A program made the translations under genes and the position numbers. Of a DNA stretch of 64,000 nt, positions 12,143 to 25,126 are shown piece after piece (the first letter of the stretch is position 1; every line of letters starts with the position of its first letter). Source of the DNA: Trichodelitschia bisporula (taxonomy: Eukaryota); NCBI GenBank assembly GCA_010356995.1, contig ML996699.1:341697-405696 (forward strand), written 5' to 3'. The notes under the pieces are model-generated. The model ran no database searches and was not told the DNA's origin. It saw nothing but the letters and a program-made list of their open reading frames with translations.

Positions 12143-14206
12143 TTAGCGCCACCGCTTCCTGTCCAATGGCGCGGTAAGGTTAGGTTCTCCCGAATAGTGG
12201 GAAAAAAAGAAGAAAAAAAAAAAGGCATCGCTTTCATAATCACGTAGTTTTTGGCTCGATCCGCACAATTTCCTTGAAGTCACACAGACTCTTTGGGCAA
12301 AGGTGTCCATGAAAACTGAATCATCCAGGTCGCTTGACACGGAGAAGTCACATGAACTGGCTGTGCGTCCTTTGACGGCTTGATATCCTGAAGTTATTAG
12401 TAGGGTGCTGGCAGACAGGCGACTGTACAAACCTTTCGCCTCAAGAATTTTGATCAAGTCACGGATCGAGGTGTCCGCGGGAAGATTCAGAACAACATCT
12501 CCGCAGCTGGCTGGCTGACCACATTCTGAAAGTTGCAGACACTTGATTGTAAGAGTCACCTGCTGGGAGGTGGCTGTACTGATTGATGATGACGTTGGTG
12601 GTGGCAAGGCTGACAATGTACCAGGCTCATATTCGGAAGGAACGGTGTCATCTAGCTCAAGGACTTGAGAGGAAATATCTGATGCTCTAACTGAGACGAC
12701 TTTTTGCCGCTTTGCGATACTGGCCGTATCTTCTGCTTTCCGAGACAGTGGTTTATGTGGCGGTCTCGGCGGCGGATCCGATCCTGTAATTGGAGAACGG
12801 GGAGATTGACGATGAGCCGTATCTTCAGCAGTGCTGCTTGCAGATGGGTTCTGGGACGAAGCAGAGCATTCGGTGGTAGGTGGTTGAGCGAAGGTGTCCA
12901 CCGCGACCATGTCAACGATGGCCTGTTCGATCGGAAGATAACTCTGGCTGGTCGCATTGGGGAACCTGCACATAGCACGGTGGTCGGCCATTATTGGAGC
13001 CATCCTTTCATTTGGGATACCGATGGTCGCGGAGTCACGGTCCACAATCTGATATCATAAGCAAACACCAGCCTCGTTGCCGCCTACTTACCAGATTGGA
13101 CCTGGTTCCAATGCCTCGGCGCTCGTAGAATGAGACAATTTGCATATTTTTTGCTCGTTGAACGAACTGACGGGAAATCGCCTGGAGAGGGTCGGACTTC
13201 GCCTTGAGAACCCGTAGGAGGTCGGTTCGGAGTGCAGACCCGAAGGCAAGGGCGTTGGGTACTCTGCCTATCTTCTCTGCCCGGGAAGCAAGATCGGCGC
13301 CGCGATGGGGTGTCCCAAAAAACACAATGCCTTTGCAGCTTTGAAGGATGTGACCGTACTGGCTGTCATTCTCGTGGGCTGTGATGAGAGCCTGGGACGT
13401 GAGAGCCTGCACTTTATGCAAAGGCGAGACTAACCTTCTTGACCACAATTCCGCCGAGGCTGTGGCCAACAAATATCAGAGGCCGGTCGATCGAAGCCTG
13501 CTTGAGGTCAGCCATGTTGGTACAGGATGCTTTACTTGCCTTGGTGCGACGGTGATCCGAAAGTCGGTTCAACAAACTCAGCGCAAAATCATCCAGGTCC
13601 GCCGTACTCCCGCTGAAAGCCAGCCGGGAGTCGTATCCGAAGGTCATGATGCGGGCATTCGGAAGCTTCCGGGGAAGGAAGTCTTTGAGCCACAACTTGC
13701 CCGTTGAGGGATCGGTGAAAGTGTTTCGACAGTGCCCATTGAGGCCATGAAGAGCGACGATACTATAACTGTTAGAGCGAGTTAACAGTTATTGGCGAAA
13801 GCGGACATACTCAACATCTACTTGGGCTTCCGACCCAGGAATCACATCAGGCTCGTACAAGATAAAGAGCCCGAAGGGCTCTTCAGTGACTTCTTCACGA
13901 GCATCACTGGACTGAGAAGTCGATGCCAGGTGTACTGCAGTAACTCCTTCACGAGCATCACTGGACTGAGAAGTTGATGTCGGGTGTAATGTAGTGCTAT
14001 CAGACAAATGCGAGCTCGAACGTTTGGACTTGAAGCTGAAAAGCCGTTGCGCCTGCGAAGGTAAACAGACCGCCTTGTCTAGAGCACGATCCGCCTACCT
14101 GTCTCTTGTACTTGCTGGGAAAACCAGGCTCTCTCGGGCTCTCGTTGGATGCGACATCTCCCGGCACCAGTGGCCCACTTTCGGGCCGATCCTCGGATGG
14201 TGGCAT
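12143..14206 (-). CDS. SesB/SERAC1-like (DUF676-type) alpha/beta hydrolase with C-terminal extension, probably truncated
   Basis: ATG 14206; introns at 14098-14053, ~13810-13763, 13539-13498 (GC-AG), ~13434-13392 and ~13091-13049. Motifs IVALHGLNG, WLKDFLP, ARIMTFGYDS, FVGHSLGGIVVK, GIVFFGTPHRGA, SFYE, ADHRAMCRF. Confidence 0.8.
13881..13988 (-). repeat. 54-bp tandem duplication (18 aa, STSQSSDARE core)
   Basis: CTTCACGAGCATCACTGGACTGAGAAGT occurs at 13893 and 13947. Confidence 0.9.
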
Positions 14207-15207
14207 GGCGTACTAGGCGAATATGATTTTCGAGTATCGTGAGGAACAGATGGCAACCACGAAAACGAGGCCAGGTGAAAAACTGTAAGGCAGCAGAAGA
14301 CGAGGCTCAGCTGCTTCACCCACACAAGTGAGGCGGGGGACGGCGCTGACTCTGTTGCCCAAGGCAGACTGCGTTGGCCTACTGCCAAGACGTTACACAG
14401 CGGCCGTGACCAGTCAAAAAATTCATGGCCTGCTTGCTTGTGGATCTTTGCTGAAGGGGCGCATTACGACTTTTTCACGCAGCCCTTGGGCGGTGGAGCG
14501 GCCTCCAATTGATACGGGAGCCCATTTCGGTTGCCGATATCACGTGATCTAGCCTCGTCTGGTATTCGTACATCTACGACCTTGAACCTCAACGACGATC
14601 AGTACAGGACTTGTAAGAGGTGGATGTAAGTTATGAGCTTATACCACAGCTATAGAGTCGAAGTAGTCTCAGACGCAGCGACTGTCGAACATCGGACATC
14701 GGACACGGCGCTGTTCAACAATGACAATGCCCGAAACCCATCGGGTCACTACCCATCGTGAGACCTCGTGCTTTTCCATCATGCAGTTTGGACTGAAGAT
14801 TGCCAGACAGTCATTGTCATGCCGGCTGTCATCCACAAGCACCCGGTTACCGCAACCGAGCGATATGTTGTCAGATCCCGGTAGTCACCGATGCTGCCAC
14901 GTGATACTTGCTTGTCGATGTGATCTCAACGTCATCCTAACCTCCACACCAGTCACCTAGCCTCGCCGTGGAGAGGGCCATTCAATAAACGATCCAAATG
15001 TTCCTATCTTGATCATGAGCGCAGAGAGGATCGGGTAACTTTGACCGCATCGTAAGCTCGGATCGGCATTGCACCCCGCCGAGGTTACCCCTCAGTCGCG
15101 TCATCTTGCGCTAGAGTGCCTCTAATGGAGAATCACCTTTCGATGCAACATGCGACGTCTTCGTAACCTATCGGCAAGGAATTCGCCGCTCCGATTGCCA
15201 TCCCGCA

Positions 15208-16332
15208 ATGTCCGCACTCCCGATCCTCGACCTCTCGGCCACTGCCGACACTAACCGGCGGCCCGAACTCCTTGCACAGCTCCGAGCCTCCCTCTTCGAC
15301 ATCGGGTTCTTGTACATCTCAAACCACGGCGTCCCGGAGCCCGTGATATCTCACCTAACTGCCTTCCTGCCGCGCCTCTTCGATCTCTCCGAAGCATCCA
15401 AAGCGGCGCTCTCGAAACTCAACTCCCCGCATTTCTTGGGCTACAGCGGCTTTGCCGAGGAGACCACGCGAGGCGAGCGGGATCTGCGCGAGCAATTCGA
15501 CTTCGCAACGGAGCTACCCCTGGTTTGGACCGGAGGGGATGTTGGAGCTGCGAAGGGCGGAGGTGAAGCCTATTCACAGCTGTTCTGGCGGCTGCGCGGA
15601 CCGAATCAATGGCCCGAAGAGTCGGAGCTGCCCGGGTTTCGGGCCGCGCTGACCGAGTAGGCACGCACTCCTCTCCAGCTAACACCACCTCACACTCACA
15701 GCTACCACGACGCCCTCGCCGCTCTTTCCTACTGCTTCGTGCACCTCGTCGAGGAAGCATTCTCCATTCCGGTAGGCACGTTTGACAACTTCTTCCGCCC
15801 GGCGCCACAGCACCGCATCAAACTAGTCAAGTACCCCCCAATCACCCCTTCAATCACATCATCCACGTCCCTCGGAGTAGGCCCCCATGCCGATACATCT
15901 GGCTGGCTGACGTTCTTGCTTCAACCTTCCCCACACAACAGCCTGGAGGTCCTCTCCCCACAGACTGGAGAATGGATTCCAGCTCCGCCGGTGCCAGGTA
16001 CGTTTGTCGTCAACTTCGGCCATGCCTTTGAGGCGGCAACGGCGGGTGCGGTTCGTGCGACTGTGCATCGCGTGCGTGCGCCGGAGCAACCTGCTGAGCC
16101 CAGATACTCGGTCCCCTTTTTCATGGGTCTACCACTTGGCGCGCGGGTTAGCAATGTTAGAGAGTGGATTCCGCGGCATGTGCTTGAAATGAGGAAAGAT
16201 AGAGAGGAGCCTGAAGAGGATCCTAGATGGGAGGTGCTGGGGGAGGCGCAGTTGAGGAAATGGATCAGGAGTCATGTGGACGTTGCGAAGAAGTGGTATG
16301 GGAGCGACGCGGTTGCCTATTATTCACAGTGA
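15208..16332 (+). CDS. 2-oxoglutarate/Fe(II)-dependent oxygenase (IPNS-like, DIOX_N + 2OG-FeII_Oxy)
   Basis: LPILDLS, GFLYISNHGV, HAD...TVHRV...RYS motifs; intron 15657-15701. Confidence 0.92.
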
Positions 16333-17640
16333 GCGATTCAGGTGTGACAATGATGCAAAATTGGAAATCAGTGTGCTCTTTGTTGTGCGAAGCCAAGGTT
16401 GAGATGTATGGGACTTCGGTACCACAGCTTCAAGCCCGAAGGTCGGAAGAGCAAGTTGGGAATTGCCCTGTCTTATAGAGGATACCGAGCTGCACATCAG
16501 TGCCCTAACCCACAGCATCTTGGTCCCGAGACAGGAAACGTACTACATCCCTGCATGCTTGAAGTACTGATCCATGGATTCCTGCTGGCTTAAGCACGGA
16601 ACGCTTCCTTAAAGCTGGACGAAACTGCATGATGTATTCGAATACAGGACCAATAGGCAGTAACCGGACACCGATATCAAAAGGCTAGTTCCTGATTGGA
16701 TGAACCGGTTGCTTTTCGGTTCGGCAGTTAGTATCCACCATGCTTGCGGGGCAGTTTTCCCATATGTAGCTAACAACGGATGGGGGAAAAGAAGGAACTT
16801 CTCTTCAGATCCCAGCGGCGACCTTAGCCCAAGACCATTGTATTCGAGCTGAGCTTACGGAGTATATCTGGAAAGATACTGCAGTATCCCGCTCCGGCCA
16901 TGAAATCGGTAGTTCCAGATCGAAGAGACGTTAGGAGTGTCGATAAAAGAAGACGGTGGGGTTCAATCGCGATCCGCCATTGGAGCATCGCCATGCTTGT
17001 TCGCCATCGGAAAGTCTTTCCCTTTCGGACCAATAACCTGCAAGCATGGGGTATCGGGAGATATTGACTTTTTTTGGTACTACGTCCTCATGGCGACTGA
17101 AAAGTCCCCAAGCTGCCTTCCCGCTTTTCCGCCCCTAGAATACAGTGTGGAGAAGAGGGATGGAGGTGGGGAAAAGGGTCCGATAGAGTCGTAACTGATG
17201 ATGGGAGAGGCAGTGTGAAGGCCTTGCAGAGAGTCAAGAAGTCATGACTATGATATCTTGACCATCGAGCGAGAGTTTTGAGAAATAGGACATCGGCTAA
17301 CGTGAGCCCACAAAGAGTCTTCCCCCGTTCAAGAATGAGTTGACGGTGTAGCTATTGAACTCGATTTCATATTTCAGTCAAGTGAGAGGGTGGAGTGCAC
17401 CCTTGGCTTGGCAGGGAACAATCTGTTCTTCTCCGGGCACGGACCACCAACGCCTCCCAACTCCCTTTCACAAGCTTTCGGCTTCCGATAGCCCGTCTAC
17501 ACCCAACTATCCACGTTTCTGTCCCTCTCTCCGCCCATATCCTCCCGCCTTACTCCAGCCCTCCACGATCCTCACGTATTCGCATCCCGAAGGCCATCAA
17601 TTGGACACTTAGACCGAAACCCTCTTCCCCCACCGAAACC

Positions 17641-18159
17641 ATGAGCCAAAAGCTGTTCACCTACGCCGAAGTCGCCGAGCACAGCACGAAGAAGGACTTG
17701 TACGTGGTCGTGCACGACAAGGTCTACAATGTCTCCAGCTTCGTGGATGAGCACCCGTACGGCACCCGTGGCAGCTGCATCTCCCCCTCCTAATGTGCTT
17801 GCTGACACGTATCCGCAGCGGTGGTGAGGAGGTCCTCGTAGACGTCGCGGGCCAGGACTCCACCGAAGCCTTCGAGGACGTTGGGCACAGCGACGAGGCG
17901 CGCGAGATCCTGGACGGCCTCGAGGTCGGCGTGCTAAACCGCCAGGTACATCCCTCCCGTACACATATTTTCCCTAGGCTAATACGCGCAGCCCGGCGAC
18001 CCTGTGCCCAAGGCTTCGAAGCCTGCATCTCAGTCCGCAAACTCGTCGTCAGGAGGCGCCGGCGTTGGTGTTGGCCTGTATGCGGTTCTGGTTATCGGCG
18101 GTGCGCTCGCGTTTGGCGCGTACAAGTACCTCGAAATGCAGAAGGAGAAGCAGGTTTAG
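17641..18159 (+). CDS. CYB5: Cytochrome b5, tail-anchored
   Basis: FVDEHPGGEE and FEDVGHS heme motifs after splicing introns 17757-17818 and 17946-17991; C-terminal TM segment; TAG ends at 18159. Confidence 0.95.
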
Positions 18160-18920
18160 ATGAGCTTGGGCAGACGGTGGGAGTGTGTGGACTGGCGTAG
18201 AGCACGATGGCGCGGTGGATATCTGCGGGGCATTGTACAAGATTTGCACCAGGTACGCGCGGGCAGCATTTTGATCATGTAGCGCGGTCGAGGGGACGCT
18301 GCTTGTGTATTCATGGGCTGGGATTAATGGCTGCAGTGGGATTCTGCGCCGGGCGTCCTCATCTTTAGAAGTCATTTGCGTCTGCAATTTTTTCACCTGC
18401 CGTATTTCTTTGTGTAGTTCGCTAACATTGCACGAGAGACTTCACTGACATCCTCCTACCATCTGCGCATTTGTTTGTTCCTCGGGACATGTTTGGATTT
18501 GGGTATGTGCTCGGAGCTCACGTAAGGCGCGTCCTGATTCGTCCATCTGTCCGATCGGCGAATACTCGGACTAATGGCCTGACGCCTTACTGACCACGTG
18601 TACGGATACGGAGGTAGTTAATCTTCAGATCTGATGGGTGAGGCTGGCGTAAAGCAAAATATCGCACACATTGTAGAACTACTCAGTCAAGTCAAAGTCT
18701 GAAAGCCTCGTAACTTCGGCGTCTCGAGTGTAAATTCGTACTCTAAGCTGACGGTGGAATGCATGTCTGGCACCCACATTAGGGAGCACAGAAGACGACA
18801 GAACCCCCACTATTCAAGCTCGATCCTAACACCGTACACCCAGATACAAGTACACCATGATCCATAGCAGCATCACCCAGCCTGATCCTAACGCCAAACC
18901 GAGCATCCGTCAAATCCACG

Positions 18921-21900
18921 CTACTCCTGCAGTTTCGCAAAAGACCCAGCATACATCAGACCCTCGATCAGGGGCATGTACTCCCGCAGAGTCTGGTTGT
19001 ACGCCATGACGTGGAAGATGCGATCGCGCACGGGGATGAAGCACTTATCAACCAGCTGCTCCGCCTGCTGTTCGTCACGCATGCGGCGACCTTCGTCGAT
19101 CTTGCCCATCTGGCGCGCCAGATTACGCAGGACAAACACACTCGCAACCGGAATGCCTGTCGGCTCGCCGCGCTCATCCACCTGGGTGTTGAAAAACACC
19201 GTCGGCGGCAGAGGCTCCGGCACCACCTCGTCTGGCATACGGTTATGACGGCGCCGCAACTCCGCCTTCTCTGACTTGTCAGGCAAGTGGACTTGGATGT
19301 GGTTGCACACAACACGCAGATCGGGTACACCGGAGACGGGGAAGTGGCGGCAGGTGCTCCAGTGGCAGTTGTAGGTCCGAGTCTCGCCCTCGGGAACGGC
19401 GGGCGGGATGAACTTCCCCGTCGTCGGGTCCTTGGATCCGCCGAGGTGGACGGTGAAGATGTGCTCCCAGAGCTCTTGGGGATTGAGGACACTGAGTCCG
19501 CACTCAATCATGGGCGGAGGCGGACCCATGGTTCCGACAGTACCGTTCGCAGGCGCAGGTACAGGAGAACCATTCGTCTGGACCGGACCGCCGTTAGTAT
19601 TGCCAGGACTCATAACACCGTTGGTAGGCGCCGGAGTTGGGGCAGCCGGGCTACGCCACAGACACTGCGGATAGCGCACACCGCGGGGATCGACCGGCGC
19701 AACCCTCGGGCGTACACCGCGTATAGTGTACTTAGGCCGGGCCGGGTCCACCTTGTTAGGAACGACCATCGCATTAGCACCCGGGTATGTAACCGAAACA
19801 TTGGAGATGAAGTCTTTAGCCTGCATGTGCCTGGGCTGTGGAGAAGTGGCAAAGGACTGTGTGTAGGCGGACCACAACTCCAGCTGCGTGATCTCGGAGT
19901 TTGGATCTTCCTCTACGCATGCGCGCAACCTGATCCGTTAGCTTTATCTTTGGCCATTGATGCTATGGGGGAGCTTACCAAGCTGCGCTTTGTTCGCGCT
20001 CACCGCCGGTCTTGAGAAGATTCTGGACGATCGATTCCGACAGCTTCGGCGCCATGTTGCCCGGGCGCGTGTGACGCGGCACCGGCGGGGCGGCATGGAC
20101 GGCCGTAGTCGCTCCATACATGAGCATACGCGCCAATTGATGGACCAGAGCCTCGCAGTCGATGCTGTCGGACAGAAACTCGACGTTCTCCGTAATCGCC
20201 GTATAGTGATGAAGAAACTCGAGACACGCGTGGCACATATCCTCGTCGGGGAGTAACAAGGAGTCGCTGATCAGCTTCAGAGCAGCAAGCGGTACGTTTC
20301 TGAGCGTGTTCTTGGCTTCCAGATTGTTTGCGATCCGGGCAAGCGCGCGGAGGGTCGTGATGAACACGCCTCTGTCCTTCGTTTGGAGTTGCTTCAGCAG
20401 AGTGACATACATCGGGTCAGCGGCGTCCAAGGCGAGGAACTTGGTGAACGCCTCGGCAATCTCCAGCGCGTAGTGCTGAGATTCCGTGACGGCAGGGTGA
20501 TTCGGAAGATTGAGCATGATAGTGATGAGGTCGCGAGTCAAGTCCATTGTCGAGAGGTACTGTGCATTCTGTTCAAGCATGGACATGTTTCGCAGCACCA
20601 GCATCGCTTCATTCATGTCTTCGATGATCCGAGCAGCTTCGTCGGACAGCACGTTGTTCTCGGTAAAAGGACGCGCGTCTTTGAGCTTCTCCAGTAGATC
20701 GGAAGTTCCAGAAAGGCCATCAAGGACGTTTTTCTCAGTGGTGGACTCGCCGGTATACGAGACCCTCCACTCGATGCCATGGAACGGGATGCTCACCTTC
20801 AGCACACGCTCCATAAGTGTTTCGGCAAGCCCAGGAAACAGGTCGAACATGAACTTGTCGCCCCGCTCGTGAGAGATCTTGACCAAATGGTGCAAAGCGT
20901 AGCGGACTTCGGCAGGGATCCCAGACTGTAGAGCCAACTTGGCACGGACGTAGATATTAGGGCCAGGGAAACCCGCTGAGGAATTTATCAGATCAGGATG
21001 AGGGGGTACGGAGTTTGGAGGCTTACTGCCAGGAAGCATGGTAGGACCACGGGGTTGCGGCACACCCTTTGCAGCACGGCGCTGCGCCATCATGCGCTTC
21101 GCCATCTCACGATAGTAGCCCGGGTTGTTGCCTGGCGTGGTAACCTGCTTCACGCTAAGGGGAATCTGCGGCATCGGATCGTAGCTCATGATGACGTTCG
21201 CGGAGCTCTTCTTTTCGCCGTTCGCGTTCGTCGTTCCGCCAGGCGTCGGCGAGTTGGTATGCCGCGCCGAGTTGCGCGCACGGGAGCTCGGCGTGTCTGG
21301 CTGACTGCCGAACAGGATGCGCTGCGGAGGAGCTTGTCGGAGGCCTGGGGACGTCAGCGTGAGGGAAGAAGTTTTGGGCGGTGTACCTCGTGTTGCACGG
21401 GCAGCGATATTGGGGGCTTCATCGGTGTCCATCTTGTCGTCCTTCCTGGGGGTTTTCCCATCACTGTCCTCACCTTCAGTGTTGTTTCCGTTAGCAGTCC
21501 CTTCGGCTTCCTGAGTGACGCGCGGTACGTAGTTTTCCACGGTTCGATTCAGCAAATCGCCGCCCCTCGCAGAGACGTCCTCTAGAATCTCCTTTGGAGG
21601 TGGCTCGCGCTTGTGGTGGTCCGATATCTCGTATGCGCTGTGGGATTAGCCTACTGTATTAGATGCAACGGTCCCACATACGCAAGATTTCTGTAGTAGG
21701 CGCTCTTGACCAAGAACGCCAGTGCAATGACATTCGCGTTTGGTGGCAAGAACTCAGCCGCAATCCGCCTCCAAGCTAACTTGTTGCCCCTTGTATCAGA
21801 CGCAATGTCGTAGCCACCCTCAGCTAAAACGCGCTTGTAGAGGCGTAACAGATCGATATGAACGGGGCCGACCTTTGGCGCGGGATCGAACACAGTCCTA

Positions 21901-22187
21901 TAGGCGTTAGCTTCGTTTGTCTGAGATTCTTGTAACTATTTGCTATGGCCTCAATTTGTTTGCCATCACTGGTCGATCTTCGTGCTGCATCAACTTGTAG
22001 TAGGGTGCACGAGAAAGTACGAAGTAGTCGCAAAGGCCCGAAACAAGTAGATGTGAATATCAGAAACTAGGGGCTCTTACCCTCGCTTCTCATGGTATGC
22101 ACGCAACTTCTCTATGAATTCATCATATTCTGGCGTCTTCTCGATGGCTACGGATGAACCGCCCACCGAGCTGCGACGCGGAGGCAT
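18921..22187 (-). CDS. RSC9: RSC chromatin-remodelling subunit Rsc9 (ARID, ARM-like, RFX-like winged helix, zinc fingers)
   Basis: ATG 22187; ARID (IDLLRLYKRVLAEGGYD...WRRIA...LVKSAYYRNL), GPNIYVRAKLALQSG, ITQLELWSAY, CHWSTC; several introns. Confidence 0.9.
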
Positions 22188-22763
22188 CGTGAATGAGCGT
22201 GTACGTCCTTGCGGACGACGAGTAACGAAAGGCAGCTCCGGACAGCTAGGATGTATGCAATTTCAGGGATGGCTAATGGTGTTGGCGTTGCTGAAGGGTG
22301 GAGCGCATTCGGGCGCAAAACACGGATCTGCGGTGGTCGAATGTCGTGAAGTCGCGATTCGCGATCTCGAAACGCGGCAGCACACAAGGGTTGCGGGCTC
22401 GGCCTGAGGAGTCACGTGAAATTTTGCCAAGTCTTTCATTTGCGCGCTAAGCTGAGGCTGGTGAGCGCCACATATCTGGGTGGCGCGCTAGGGCCACCCT
22501 TGCTTGTGGGAACCTGAGACGATAAGGCGGAAATAGACATCACGACGACGCTTGCTCCCTCAACTTCATCCCTTCTACTCTACTGCGACCTCAATGCCTC
22601 TAGACCTTAACGAGCCAATGCTTTTCACTGCCACTTGACTGTACCATCGCTAGCAATTTACTGCACCAGTACTCGTAACTGCAGCTTTCATCTCATATAA
22701 ATTCGAGAATTTCGCCTTGTATCCCATCGCCGACTCGTGGCATCACGGCCCTTTTACGGCAAG

Positions 22764-24372
22764 ATGCCCCAGTTCCCGCTGCTCAAGTACTCGAAGGCCA
22801 CTAGCCCAGTAGGCGTCCTCAAGTACACCTGGAATCATGCCACCCATGATCTTGCTCTCGTCTTCGACTCTGGCAGCAGCGGTTTCTCGCAGCATCTAAG
22901 CATGCTGAAAGTTTTCCAAGGAGGAACCGCAGTGGTGAGACAATAGTGGCGCTGCTGCTCTATTGGAACCCCATTGTGCCTTCTTCGATTGACTTTGTAT
23001 TGACTTGTGTCGTGCAGGATGCCGTTGACCTTAGAAGCAAGATCCAAGAGGCAAATCAGTTCGCCGAGCAGGCTCGAGAGGCGGGCGTTATCCTGAAAGC
23101 GGAGCAGCTTCACACGACTGTGCTGCACCGGAGAACCGCCTGCTCGGTAGCCATAAAGTATCAGCTAGACGACAGGATGGTTTGGTGATGTCTGGCTTTG
23201 CTTGATTTTTGCTGATCCTGTTGCAGACTCGAAGAATCCAGTTACGATTCTGCTCAGTTCAAGACTTCGATGAAGTCCTTGGAATTCTGAAAGGGATGCA
23301 GTGTACACTCATTGCGATCGACCCCCAAGACGGTCAGAGTCAAGATGGAGATCAATCTCGACCGTCCACTGCAGCGTCCGCTATGATCGAGCATACCCGC
23401 AAACCTACTTTTCTAGCTCCCCAACCTGGTCCTCCATCAAGTGTGGGTTCGGGCTCACATTCGCGGACCGCGAATGCGGATGAGCGGCAGCTTCAGCTTG
23501 ACGTTACGCCTCCTGTGGAATCGCGTTCTTCTTTCGCTGTTTCCAATCGTCACTTCTCGCGACAGCTCCCGACCATCGCGGAGCGCCAGCAGCTCGAACA
23601 GCAATCCGAGCCTTTTATGGACCGACCAATGACTGCCTTGGACCGCACGATGGAGCAGTATGCGGATGATGCTTCGGTCGTTGCTGAGAGTGCTCGGCCG
23701 TCGACTGCTCCAATTCAGCAGGCACCTTCAATGCTACCCCCGAGGAGATTGTTGCCTTTTCAGAAACCGGGTTCGAATTATAAGGGTCACTCTAATGCTG
23801 GATCAAGCTCCAGCAGGCCGCCCAGTTCGGGGTACCCCCTCCCGCCACTCCCTATCCCGAGCTTTGTCAATAAGCCGTCTCCGAAGGGTACTCCGCCCAC
23901 ATCAAAGCGGGCTCAAGCCGAGCCTCGTGTCGGTAAGACGACGCCGGCGGGTTCTTCAATCTGGTCCAATTACGGTAAGGCAAACTCAGCGACAAAGCCA
24001 CCACCCTCCGCTGGAAGTGAGCCGATCACTGGCACTCCGCCCTCGAAGGAGCACAACTTTCGGAGCAGCCCTCCGCTGAATCTCAACCGGATGGCTCAGC
24101 CCAAACCTCCGAACGAGGATACATCAACACCTTCGGAACTCGTAGTTGAGGGCGATGTTTCGAGTGCTCAAGATCAGGTTGGCGCCGAGTCTTTGAAACT
24201 CATCGACCGCAGCATGACTGGGGACCTCGCCGAGTACGCCGCCCTTCCGTATGCGGAACGCATGTCAATGGTAGAGAGCATGATCATCGAGCTTGCAGCC
24301 GACCCTGACTTTCTGACGCTTTGCGAGGATGTCAATGGCTGTTGGCAGAGGATCGGTCTTGAACTCAGCTAA
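22764..24372 (+). CDS. REC114: Probable meiotic double-strand-break factor Rec114/Rec7 homolog
   Basis: Introns 22935-23017 and 23180-23226. N-terminal PH-like region (LLKYS...W, LKVFQG, AIKY, RRIQLRF), long disordered S/P-rich middle, C-terminal helix IIELAADPDFLTLCEDVNGCWQRIG matching the Rec114 C-terminal signature. Confidence 0.7.
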
Positions 24373-25126
24373 ATCCACTACAGCTCTAAACTGTAAGAAC
24401 GTGGTTTGAACGTGGTTCTTTCCTTTGCTGGTACGTTCCTCTCACAATTGCCTAGCCTTGTCTCCTGACCTCCCGCTCGTTTAAGTTGCCGTAACAGTTG
24501 TACGCGTCCCGCACTCTTACCCCGCACAAAAGCACGATACGGGCTCTTGGCTTGTGTATCACGCCGCTCTAGCGGTGCTTGGTTGCCGGAAGCGGCCCGC
24601 CTATATGGCTCGTCATACCTCGACGCAGCAATCCCCGGTTCCGCATCGTCTAAATAGACGACGAGCCGCATCGTCCGGCTGGCGCCCGTTTCCCGGCACC
24701 GGTCAAATCAGCCTCCACGTCACGCGGCTCCGCCATAGGACCCCACACTCTGATAGAACGGTGAACGAACTAAGTATAGCAGAGCACACATAGCACACAT
24801 AGCACAAATACTAAACCCAAGACACTATTTCCGAGTATTCGGTCCGACTACCGACTATGCAAGTGCGCAGTGAAGTTGGCCGCCCTCGCTCAGCGTGGGG
24901 AAATAGTTACATTGGGCACGCACACCGTATTTACAAGATACCGTGCCCGTGGCTCGCAAATGTGAATAAACCAATTATTCCCCAACTCCGGCCCGATGCT
25001 ATTCCCGCAAACGGCAGTTGCCCACGGGCGGGATCGTGCTACAACTTTTCCCCAGGCCGCCACTCGCCCGAAGCACCTGCACCAATGCTTCCTCTGTTCA
25101 CATCATATCTACAGCCCGGTCTACCC

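Noticed and set aside
8060..16332. Secondary-metabolite cluster (MFS, hydrolase, oxygenase)
   Set aside because: No PKS, NRPS, terpene synthase or cluster regulator; flanked by housekeeping genes.
18518..18593. Small hairpin GTAAGGCG/CGCCTTAC with inner GTCCGA/TCGGAC
   Set aside because: Short stems with large bulges; plausible by chance.
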